A DNA stretch of 64,000 nucleotides from Chrysomallon squamiferum. Its lineage: Eukaryota > Animalia > Mollusca. The stretch covers positions 9,424,001-9,488,000 of the forward strand of contig CM022673.1 in NCBI GenBank assembly GCA_012295275.1, written 5' to 3'. Under the pieces are notes generated by a model. That model ran no database searches, had not been told where the DNA came from, and saw nothing but the letters and a program-made list of their open reading frames with translations. Made by a program: the position numbers and the translations under genes. Every line of letters begins with the position of its first letter. Within the stretch, counting starts at the first letter, position 1. This document shows positions 55,544 through 64,000 of the stretch, one piece after another.

Positions 55544-57663
55544 TAATAATAATAATAATAATAAACATACTTGTGGCCATTCAGAGCTGCCAGGTGTAAA
55601 GGTGTTTCTCCATTTGAGTCTACACAATGAATGTTAGGTAGTCGATTTCCAAAGAACTGCAGGCTGGAAATATAACAAGAGAGACAGAAAAGATTAATTA
55701 AAATTCATTGCAGGATGTAGTATTAAGAAAGATAAAGCAGTCTGAATAAATTGAAAGGACAAGTAATAACAACACCAAAAAAATACAGTAATTTAATATA
55801 TCAATAGAACATACTGTAATGAATTAAAAAAAAAATTATAGTTTGATAACTGTAACATCCAAAACAACAAGAAAATAATAACAATAATGATAATGCTAAT
55901 TTTAAAATGTAACAGAACTTGTGTAGTTCAAATGTTTATGTAATGACAGTTATTATCTATCCCAAAACAGTAATAATACAAATTATAACAATATTAATAC
56001 AACAGCAGAACAAAGTGTAACAATTTAAATTCTTTTACAAATTATATATTGATATTTTTTATAATTCTCCAAACATATAAAACAATATTAATAAAAGAAT
56101 AACAAAATAATTTATTTCTTTTTTCACAGTTAAAATATATTAAAAATAATTTTAAAAAATATATAATAAAATAAATAACAATATTAAAAATATAAAGTAA
56201 ATAAAATTTTAAATAGTTCATATATTGTGTGATGTGTTTTTATTATACCAATGTAAATTATATGGAAATATGAATCATACATGCTGTTATGTAAGTTAAC
56301 CTAAATATCCTATGGGTGTATTAGTATTTAATAAATGAAATGTTAGAATAAACTTTATTTGTTCCCTTTAATTTTATGACCAAAAACAAGCAAATATGAT
56401 GTATATGATTTATTCCAGGTTGGTTTTGGAAGTAAAGAAAAGCATTGAGCCGTGCAACTATTTAAAGTCAGTTGCTATCAGAGTTGATACCTACTATCAA
56501 AAGTAATTAGTAACAGTTTCTCCATCAACTTAATTAGTATTGGCCTGTATCCAGTATTAACTGGTACCAGTTAAGAAGGTTGAGTAATACTAATTGCACC
56601 AGATGATGATGAAATGATTGTACAGGCTGAGTGGGAGAGATGATGATTTGATTCTTTAAGCTGAATGAGAGAGATGATGATTTGATTCCTTAAGCTGAGT
56701 GGGAGAGATGATGATTTGATTCTTTAAGCTGAGTGGGAGAGATGATGATTTGATTCTTTAAGCTGAATGGGAGAGATGATGATTTGATTCTTTAAGCTGA
56801 GTGGGAGAGATGATGATTTGATTCTTTAAGCTGCGTGGGAGAGATGATGATTTGATTCTTTAAGCTGAGTGGAAGAAAATGATGATTTGATTCTTTAAGC
56901 TGAGTGGGAGAGATGATGATTTGATTCTTTAAGCTGAGAGATGATTTGATTCTTTAAGCTCAGTGGAAGTCTGAGAGATAAAGGATAAATTGTCTAGGCT
57001 GAACACGATAAGATGATTGATGGATGATGAGAAGAAAAAACTGGAATGATTCTCCATGCTGGCTGAGAAAGATGATGTAGTGATAAGCTAGGCTGAGTGG
57101 GAAAGGTAACAGAATAACACTCAGTGATCAATGATTAAAATCTTAATAAACAATATACTCAGTAGTGGATCCACATATTGAAATAGTTATCAAGTGTTTG
57201 AAATATTTTGATAAAATCATCCAATCATCTCTTTTACTTTACAGTATAGTTATTACGGAAGAAGAAGAAACACCCCCAAAAAAAAAAAAAAAAAAAACCA
57301 AACTTTTAATTAAAACTAAAAAGGAAGCAATCACATCCTTGTTGGGCCACAGTCACCATTGAACAGTTGGTCTAAATTATATTTCTCGTCTGTGTCTGTG
57401 TGTGTGTGTGTGTGTGTGTGCGTGTATTTTGTGTGAAATTCCTGTCTGCTGACTACCACAGCCGTACTCACAAAACTGAACTACTGTAGAAGATTTAAGT
57501 AAACAACTAAGATAACGAAGTGACAATGCATTCACCGTTCGAAAGCTGTGCTTAGTGGGCCCTTTTCACCGGATGGCTTGCGCACTTTGCTGCCTAGTAA
57601 TTTTTCGAGCTGCTGAATATTTCCCGTTCTAGCTGCCTCCAGCAGTTCGTGGTCTTTACCCAT
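35513..57663 (-). CDS. ANKS1: Ankyrin repeat and SAM domain-containing protein 1 (ANKS1A/ANKS1B orthologue), spliced, 5' part (13 coding exons, about 830 codons); 3' exons (SAM/PTB) presumably outside the window
   Basis: Hand-spliced GT-AG exons give MGKDHELLEAARTGNIQQLEKLL...[53 protein letters not shown]..., collinear with the recalled vertebrate ANKS1 N-terminus (MGKEQELLEAARTG...[15 protein letters not shown]...GCYPLHLAAWKG). Phases are compatible at every junction except within exon 11. Confidence 0.93.
36515..36720 (-). mobile_element. Decayed SINE relic of the same family
   Basis: gaaacctgct...ttgtggagcactggttgaataggaaaata...gatccta, collinear with the copies at about 44165-44300 (minus) and 34040-34250 (plus). 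Confidence 0.5.
36918..37156 (+). mobile_element. Possible 5'-truncated non-LTR retroelement insertion
   Basis: (TAAAA)n tail at about 37134-37154, TTAGTAT direct repeat at both flanks (36911-17, 37157-63), retained CpGs. Confidence 0.4.
37730..38172. repeat. Long degenerate (AAT)n tract; others at 8597-8760, 38449-38490, 48815-48935
   Basis: Read directly from sequence. Confidence 0.92.
38256..38434 (-). CDS. ANKS1: ANKS1 exon 12 (179 nt): NGDKAQKPSSLPLDSKRISLGGSEIPLSPSSYVQPPTPDHPPPSPTTAVSGITLKINPQ
   Basis: Acceptor tcttgcag|, donor CAG|gtagct; open, phase 1 to 0. Confidence 0.85.
39035..39720 (-). CDS. ANKS1: ANKS1 exon 11 (large acidic linker exon): KKPQKPPRASK...AEIPE then, in the +1 frame, ESDDTEQDQYEYIRMSS...PPESTKN; 5' boundary may instead be 39617
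   Basis: Acceptor aatgcacag| at 39720, donor G|gtaaaa at 39035; exon-like composition throughout; frame discrepancy of 1 nt (see findings). Confidence 0.75.
40523..40569 (-). CDS. ANKS1: ANKS1 exon 10 (47 nt): (G)VVLPDNMSSSISVPV
   Basis: Acceptor ttttcacttcag|, donor GTA|gtaagt; open, phase 1 to 0. Confidence 0.75.
41004..41155 (-). CDS. ANKS1: ANKS1 exon 9 (152 nt): TDVVSPDVSPPPIPPRQPSMIVTKRDTALLYTNDDDVYDVPPVQPTPVST
   Basis: Acceptor tttattccag|, donor CAG|gtttgt; open in the phase required by exon 8. Confidence 0.85.
41638..41830 (-). CDS. ANKS1: ANKS1 exon 8 (193 nt): DHIKKNAILCSFEDRTPSEDEYPDTFPESPAKPVPAPRTS...EKCVQ
   Basis: Acceptor tattggtag|, donor AG|gtttga; phase 1 to 2; ORF 41610..41837. 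Confidence 0.85.
42432..42533 (-). CDS. ANKS1: ANKS1 exon 7 (102 nt): VDVTEKDSYGLNAIEILSALPAQKACEAIALIK
   Basis: Acceptor ttcttctcag|, donor AAG|gtaggc; matches recalled vertebrate [27 protein letters not shown]. Confidence 0.93.
43192..43267 (-). CDS. ANKS1: ANKS1 exon 6 (76 nt): TSSGTPLHEAARYCKVDVIKLLLER(G)
   Basis: Acceptor gtgttgcag|, donor G|gtgagt; matches recalled vertebrate [20 protein letters not shown]. Confidence 0.93.
43430..44070. repeat. Degenerate array, about 90 bp period
   Basis: atgatgatatta..gaagaaacc..catcatccc..ttaaatga recurs about 6-7 times; best copies at 43608-43665 and 43698-43755. Confidence 0.65.
44165..44300 (-). mobile_element. Decayed SINE relic of the same family
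   Basis: gatctttaatattcaccttccca...ccagttgtggagtactgaatggaagaggaaata core shared with other copies. Confidence 0.5.
44315..44545 (+). mobile_element. Possible Tc1-like DNA transposon end fragment
   Basis: TA|CAGTGTCGACGAATTTATTTGGGAC start resembles Tc1-type TIRs; retains CpGs; no second TIR seen. Confidence 0.3.
44571..44730. repeat. 30-bp minisatellite (ctgtttttcaccccactttgatacaacatg), 2 near-perfect plus degenerate copies
   Basis: Read directly from sequence. Confidence 0.85.
45457..45678 (-). CDS. ANKS1: ANKS1 exon 5 (222 nt): [38 protein letters not shown]...HSPIHRAARAGHTSIVKYLLNAGFPINLK
   Basis: Acceptor ttttcag|, donor AAG|gtacgc; two ankyrin repeats. Confidence 0.95.
46386..46460 (-). 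CDS. ANKS1: ANKS1 exon 4 (75 nt): NISGDTALHFAAQHGHTGTVSILLQ
   Basis: Acceptor ttgttacag|, donor CAG|gtaggt; ankyrin repeat. Confidence 0.95.
46753..46909 (-). CDS. ANKS1: ANKS1 exon 3 (157 nt): [52 protein letters not shown]
   Basis: Acceptor ttccccacag|, donor CAG|gtatta; ankyrin repeat; part of ORF 46513..46923. Confidence 0.95.
46926..47185. repeat. 43-bp minisatellite, 6 copies
   Basis: taataacagtgtaattaaaatatgtttaaattgtaaaacaaag variants at 46926, 46969, 47012, 47055, 47098, 47141. Confidence 0.92.
49641..49928. repeat. Local tandem duplication of about 140 bp
   Basis: tgtacattaatgttgcatagtaagaaatacacaatatac...ctactgaatgacattttataaaa...aatgagaaacaaaac occurs twice. Confidence 0.85.
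55571..55663 (-). CDS. ANKS1: ANKS1 exon 2 (93 nt): [30 protein letters not shown](K)
   Basis: Acceptor atttccag|, donor AA|gtatgt, ankyrin TPLH motif; not in the ORF track. Confidence 0.92.
56626..56966. repeat. 34-bp minisatellite, about 10 copies
   Basis: gctgagtgggagagatgatgatttgattctttaa head-to-tail with no spacers. Confidence 0.95.
57536..57663 (-). CDS. ANKS1: ANKS1 coding exon 1 (128 nt): MGKDHELLEAARTGNIQQLEKLLGSKVRKPSGEKGPLSTAFE(R)
   Basis: ATG in GCCATGG context at 57663; donor CG|gtgaat; phase 2 matches exon 2. Confidence 0.9.
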
Positions 57664-58000
57664 GGCTTTGAACATCGTTCTAGATGAGAAAAGTGGACGA
57701 AGAAATTAAAAATAACGGCATTGTTGACATGTTTCTCTCGCACTTCCTTCTCACTGCCACCTGCAGCGCCATCTGTGGAGAAGGAAAATTTACCGAAGTC
57801 GCGGAACAAAGGCGCCGTCGATTGGCTGGATTGCAACGCAGCGGTCCAATCGTGGTCGTGTTTGCAGTGCGGTCCGTTCCATTATAACTCCTAAATTTAG
57901 CAAGTGGTTGTAAACACATCCAGCTGACTCGAGTTGAGAACGAGATAAAAGGGGGAAAAAAGGAAAAAACGTTTTGTGTGAGAACGCAGCGATAATCATG
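57664..58000 (-). promoter_or_regulatory. CpG-rich proximal promoter/5'UTR of ANKS1
   Basis: Sharp CpG enrichment relative to the introns; CCAAT boxes at 57821-57825 and 57846-57850; ETS-like CACTTCCT at 57741-57748; tandem CAGRTGGCRSTG (minus strand) at 57752-57775. Confidence 0.7.
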
Positions 58001-59144
58001 ACAAAGCCTTTAACTGTGGTGAGTAGAGTTAATTTAACACAGGTTTACAATCACATCTTTTATCTGCTAGATTTCTTAGTTAAATCTTTTTTCTTCTTCT
58101 TCTTTTTCTGCTGCTGCTTCTTCTTCTTCTTCGTTCTTGGCGTTTTGCCATTTCTGTCTGCTTTTTATTTTTCGTTCGACAGACACACAGAGAGAGTGAG
58201 ATAGCCGTTTGGGTTTTCAGAAAAAATGTACAGAGATTTTTGCACGCTAACTCACCCATAGTATCATTCATAACACATCTACCTCGTACAAACAGTAACT
58301 GAAATTAAAAAGTATAAATGTGCATTGCGTTAACAAATGATAATTATTAGGCTGTCTGTCTTTGTTCTGTCTCTGAATGTTTCGCTGTTTTATATCGCAC
58401 ATTGGCCAAAATATCAAACATGAAAGTCACAAAATATCTGGCCACTGTCTTTTAACGCTTTAAACTGGTTGTTGTTGCTGTGTTCTACGTTGTACTACAT
58501 TGTTTCTCAGTGTAGCACACTGTGGTGACCTGTTTAACATTACGTCAATGACAATGCGGAGTTTATACACGAGGCACGTGATTTTGACCCAGTTCTTACC
58601 TGTTTGTCTCCCATTTCTTGACCACTGTCCACCTCACCACGTCACATGGCTAACGGCCAAGCTTCATGTTTTGCTGATGGTGCACTCTTGATTTCCACCA
58701 CCATTTTGATATATTTTTTAAAATTAATATTTCGAAGGAAAATGTAGTAATTAACATTTTCAGGTACCCCTATCTATACTACCATTATTATTCACAGTAA
58801 CTACTTAGAAAACTGTTTATAAATAACATATTACATTACTATGTACAGTTATGTGGACATACTGACTGTTGATTTAACTTGTAACAAATAAATAGTTATA
58901 CAGTACATACTTATATTCTTCTTTTTATGTTTATAAACATTATTATCGTGTTTAAAAAAAAAAGAGGAAAACAAAACAGTAAAAATAAACTGTTAAAAAA
59001 ACAACCCCCCAAAAAACATGTATAATAAAATAAAGTAATATACATGTATGCTGGTGCATAAGACACAAACACAAAAAGAAGCTAAAGATTAAATGTAAGC
59101 TACTATCAACTGACAGTGCTATTTTTACTTACTTGCTGCTGGCT

Positions 59145-59216
<72 letters not shown>

Positions 59217-59773
59217 ATTTACACTAATAAATAAATAAACATTTATAATTAAATTTCACAAATTAAACAATTACTTAAAAAACAAAAAATGATAAGTCTA
59301 AAATAATCTTCGACTTGTTTGCACCAACTGGTCCATGTTGCACTCCTAGGACTGAAAACAAAGACATGTTTCTATTTGACATCCAAAGTTCAAGAGAAGA
59401 TACAGTTCCAAGGAAGATGCTTGTTTAATTACTTCCATTGTAAAATGTGTTTCTGTGTCATTTAATGCTGTTTCTTTCCTCCAGATTTCCTGTCATCTTT
59501 TTCAGCTCCAGCTGAATTCTGTTGATGTTACTTAACAAAACACTTGATACTGTGTACACTTTGTTGAGTCATTGAAACTGTTACACTTTTTATTTGTTTG
59601 TAACTTTATTTTTAAATACATGTAGCGTTAAAATTAATAAAACCATTAAAGTTTTACAGAGTACTCTGACAAGTTTATCAGTGGGTTAAAAAAACAAAAA
59701 CAGTATGAGGTTATTTTTATTAATAATTAACCATTTTCATTAGTTCAGATTAGTAAAACCCTGCTGTAAACTG

Positions 59774-59908
59774 TTGATATTTTTAAACATTTTACTTTTA
59801 GTTAGACTTGATATATTTTTAAACATTTTACTTTTAGATTTGATATTTTTAAACATTTTACTTTTAGATTTGATATTTGTAAACATTTTACTTTAGGTTT
59901 TTGATATA
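59774..59908. repeat. 30-bp minisatellite, about 4 copies
   Basis: ttgatatttttaaacattttacttttagat repeated. Confidence 0.85.
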
Positions 59909-60861
59909 TTAATACTGTTATACTTTTGTTGTTCAATATCACTTTTTAAACCTTTTTTTTAACTATCACAATTCTTTCAATGTTCATTCCGTTAAGTACC
60001 CACTAATATTCTATACAAATACAAAACAATTGCTTATTCATGTTATTGTATGTGTACGTTTATATTTATAAATGTATGTGTGTTTAAATATTACACACAT
60101 ATATACTTCTATACATGTACGTAGCATACACAATCAAAAGAACCCAGATCAGTAAATTCTGCACTGATGTTCAAAATTCTGTCCTCTAAGCAATGATGTA
60201 ATACTGATTGTTATTACACAAACAGTTGTTTTATAACCTGACACGTTATAAATAAATAGCAGTATTACACAAATGATAAATGTCCAGTAAGAGACATCAT
60301 CAAGATTTAAATATCTGCTAAATGACAAAAATACTTGCTATAAATACAAAATACTTGTATTTCAAGTATGTGTCTGTTTTCGGTTTTGTGTATGTTTAAA
60401 TGTATTTGTGTATGTATGTCTGATTTTTTGTTTGTATAAATGTGTGTGTGTGTGTGTGTGTGTTTATATATTATAAAGGCATGTCTGTATCAGTGTATGC
60501 CCTTATGTGTTTGTCATTAAAATGTTATTATAATATCAATTAAAGCAATACAAATAAAATAACACTATGGTACAATAGTATCATTATATCAGAGTACAGA
60601 CACATTAAGTATTTCAGAGTATAAAGTAAATGGATGACATTTTGATAACATGGGGGAAAAAAAATCTTTGACAGAAATTGTATTAAATAACATTTCTGTT
60701 GACATTTACATCCTAAATGTAACTGAAATAAATACTTTGAAAAAGAAAGTATTTCTATTTTAAAATGAAAGAAAATAAAATGTAATTAGTTATTTCTAAA
60801 AGCTTCTCTTCATTTTTTTTCTTTTTTTATATATATAATCTTTAAATGTTTCGTTCTTTCT

Positions 60862-60875
60862 GTTGCTATGGCAAC
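60862..60875. promoter_or_regulatory. RFX X-box motif GTTGCTATGGCAAC
   Basis: Matches the palindromic 14-bp X-box consensus GTTGCYATRGCAAC; inverted arms extend to CTGTTGC/GCAACAG. Confidence 0.6.
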
Positions 60876-61230
60876 AGTGTTAGGATCTTAATCCTTTTGT
60901 AAGGTTGACATTATAAACATGTTTAGCATGTACCATATTGACTCACTCAAACGTGTGCACATGTGTTCATGTACATACATATAAACACTTTAATCTTATA
61001 TATAAGTGTATAATTAAATGAATATTTACTCACTATTATTGTATAATAAGGTTTTTATTTCAGTTACCTCAAATGTATTTATTTTTTTTTTGTGAAGGGG
61101 ATGATTTTTTTTTTTTTTTTTCATTCATGCATCTTCTCTCGAAGAAGAAAAGGAAAATAATAGTTTTATTAATGTTTTTAAGTGTCTCTGTTTTAATGTA
61201 TTTAATAAAATAAATCAGATATTTAGTATT

Positions 61231-61285
<55 letters not shown>

Positions 61286-61457
61286 CACACTCACACTCAC
61301 ACTCACACATGCACACACATACACAAACACAATATTTCAAACACAGGAGAGAGAGAGAGAAAAGAATCACGTTACTATTGAGTCCACCAGTCTTTAAATA
61401 TTCAGATCCATATGTTTTTACCCCGAGCCTCGCACACTGTACGTATATCAACCTTAC

Positions 61458-61528
61458 CATGCATCAGCTAAGCTTCTAAAGGTTGTGATATCTGGAAATA
61501 CTAGAAATTTCGCTTTCAAGCAGCTTTG
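61458..61528 (-). other. Orphan 71-nt exon candidate (upstream gene or upstream ANKS1 UTR exon)
   Basis: Poly-T + cag acceptor and ATG|gtaagg donor; phase 0 is open (QSCLKAKFLVFPDITTFRSLADA); no recognisable homology. Confidence 0.35.
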
Positions 61529-62046
61529 CTGAAAAAAAAAAAAAAAAAAAAACGTCAGAAGAATGTTTAAGAACTCTTGAGATCAGAAATATCATTGTCA
61601 TTACTTAAAGCTTATCTTTCATTTCAGTTCATTATAGTCACTTTTTACCACTGATTGCAGTTCAGAGCTGCTGGATTAGAAATATTCAGTCATAATCCTC
61701 TTCGGAGATCAAAGTAATGTTTTAAAAGTATTGTAAATTTTCTCTTTTTTTTTTTTTTCTTCAGTTATTATATATAATCATGTGTGTGTGTCTGGGAGAG
61801 AGAGATAAAGACAGCAAATGAGTGAGAGAGATGGAGAATGGGGATGTTGGGTCAAGCCTTTTCAGCCAAAAGTTATAAGTAATATTTACTAATAAGAATG
61901 TTATAGGCATAGAGTACGCATACATACATATATTATAGAATATTTACAGATGCACAAAGACAAATATAAATATAAAAATACATACACACATACACACTTA
62001 CATACATCTATACATATATTTATACATTGTAACACACACACACATA

Positions 62047-62259
62047 TTGGGTTGAGCAATAAGTCATTGCTGTTAAATTAAATTAAATCATTACATAGAA
62101 GAAAACTTGAGCTTAATTGACAACAAGATGTAATTTAATCAAAAACATATTTTCCATTGTTATTTATCACTTCTTCCCAACAATTATAATTAAGCTTGTG
62201 TTTTCTTCTACATAATGATTAAATTTAATTTAACTCCAATGACTTATTCCTCAACCCAA
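62047..62259. mobile_element. Mariner-derived MITE (213 bp)
   Basis: TA at both flanks (62045-46, 62260-61); about 60-70 bp imperfect TIRs starting TTGGGTTGAG(C/G)AATAAGTCATTG; internal minus-strand WEEVINNNGKYVFD-stop (62135-62179) resembling a mariner transposase C-terminus. Confidence 0.88.
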
Positions 62260-62729
62260 TACATATATAGCATCATTATTTAGTAATCTAATTTAATTTT
62301 TTTTTTTTTTTTACATTCTTAACTATAGGTCATATAGATTTATTATATTTACATATATCAGTAATCAGAAGTGTATTTAATCTGGGTTTTTTTTTTTTTT
62401 TTTTTTTACTGGAGACAGTCACACACATGTACACTCATAAGATTGTGCTTTTATCAATTCAGTTGTCAACTTTAAATTAGTCCTGTGACAATGTCACTCT
62501 TTTGATTAGGTGACGGAATGTTCACATGACAGGAAAAGCATATACGGGTGACCTACTTCTGAAGTGGGTCAGACAGGTGACGAGGGGGGGTGAGTGGGCA
62601 GTTAACGTTGAAAGGGCAGGCAGTGTGTTGTTACCTCCATTTTGTAGATCATGTGGCAATACTGTCTTGTAATTAGTCACTGATGATAATATCTGTGTGT
62701 ATGTGTGTACATATGAATTTATATATTGT

Positions 62730-62736
62730 ACATACA

Positions 62737-62768
<32 letters not shown>

Positions 62769-62798
62769 CATACATACATACATACATACATACATACA

Positions 62799-62829
<31 letters not shown>

Positions 62830-62830
62830 G
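62730..62830. repeat. (TACA)n microsatellite
   Basis: Read directly from sequence. Confidence 0.92.
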
Positions 62831-62897
62831 TACATGTATATGTATATATATATGTGTGTGTGTATGTATGTATGTTGGGTATGTAGATAAATATATA

Positions 62898-62944
<47 letters not shown>

Positions 62945-63264
62945 GGTTATTACTAAACATGGTTTGGCTAGGAAAAAGGGTAAGAATAATGCTGACAAAG
63001 ACATCAGCTTTTAGTTATCTTAGTTTATTTCAGTGTTTGTACCAGCATGTATAAAATACAAAATCACAGTCATATAGTGAACTTGGTTAGTAGGTCACAT
63101 TGATCAAGGTGGGAAAAAACTATTTATAGATGTACAGTAAATACCTATGTTAAATTCAGTGTGACAGTGAGTGTGCAGTATACAATGTATATTCAATGAC
63201 TAAGAATGAAATAATCAATACAGGACTGCGTAAAAGATTTTAACGTGCAGAATCAGATTGGAAT

Positions 63265-63738
63265 CAGAATAGGAAAGAAAAACAATAATAAGAATAGGGA
63301 TGAAAAAACAATAATAAGAAAAGGGATAGAAAACAATAATTAGAGTACTGTAAAAAACAATAATAAGAATAGGGAAAGAAAAACAATAATAAGAATAGGG
63401 ATAGAAAACAATAATAAGAATAGGGATAGAAAACAATAATAAGAATATGGATAGAAAAACAATAATAAGAATAGGGAAAGAAAACAATAATAAGAATAGG
63501 AATAGAACACAATAATAAGAATAGGTATAGAAAACAATAATAAGAATAGGATAGAAAATAAGAATAAGGATAGAAAACAATAATAAGAATAGGGATAGAA
63601 AACAATAATAAGAATAGGAATAGAACACAATAATAAGAATAGGGATAGAAAACAATAATGAGAATAGGGATAGAAAACAAGATTAAGAATAAGTATAGAA
63701 AACAATAATAAGAATAAGGATAGAAAACAATAATAAGT
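63265..63738. repeat. About 25-bp minisatellite, roughly 18-19 copies
   Basis: aataataagaatagggatagaaaac repeated; source of the spurious ORFs at 63215-63705. Confidence 0.93.
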
Positions 63739-64000
63739 AAACCTTGTTTATTTAGATTATTGCACCAGAGGATGTAATGTGCAAAATGTATTTTATAAAA
63801 ATAAAAATTGTTTTGTATTTTTTTAATTTGTATGTATGTGTATATATGATATGGTATTAAATATCTGCCAAAATCTGCCCTTTTTCAAAATACACTTTGT
63901 TTTAACTTTTATTTAAATTTATATAATGTCAGAACTTGAAATAGAAGTACTGAGAATAGAAAAAGAAAGAAAATGACAAATGATAACAAAAAGTGAAAAT

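Noticed and set aside
56626-56966. 34-bp repeats as a CRISPR array
   Set aside because: No unique spacers, no cas genes, spliceosomal eukaryotic context
42432-57663. Caskin as the gene identity
   Set aside because: ELLEAARTG start, the [12 protein letters not shown] insert and absence of an SH3 domain after the ankyrins fit ANKS1
57594-57999. Overlapping 67-80 aa ORFs at the promoter
   Set aside because: Expected by chance in a GC-rich island; they do not correspond to the ANKS1 coding frame
59300-59580. Exon-like block (minus NSAGAEKDDRKSGGKKQH-stop; plus acceptor at 59484)
   Set aside because: No consistent splice partner or recognisable homology on either strand
63215-63705. Three overlapping repetitive ORFs (YPYSYYCF / FSIPILIIV)
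   Set aside because: Frames of the 25-bp minisatellite

Overview
AT-rich, microsatellite-dense, CpG-depleted animal genomic DNA; the repeat content suggests a mollusc, possibly a gastropod (inference). The main feature is the 5' half of an ANKS1 (Odin/AIDA-1/EB-1 family) ankyrin-repeat adaptor gene on the minus strand. I traced 13 coding exons by hand from ATG 57663 to 35513, encoding six ankyrin repeats and a long Pro/Tyr/acidic linker. The expected SAM-SAM-PTB exons were not found, so they probably lie beyond the left edge after an intron of at least 35.5 kb. The most notable anomaly is a reading-frame break in exon 11 (TGA at 39589-39591, coding resumes in the +1 frame); an assembly indel, an alternative acceptor, dual-frame coding or recoding could each explain it. 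The large intron contains several promoter- or first-exon-like islands, a ~187-bp-period array built from SINE-like fragments, and other degenerate arrays. Upstream are a CpG-rich promoter with tandem CTCF-like cores, a canonical RFX X-box, a mariner-derived MITE and orphan exon-like segments. Almost all ORFs in the supplied track are microsatellite artefacts. No rRNA, tRNA or CRISPR array was found, and no novel system can be established from sequence alone.
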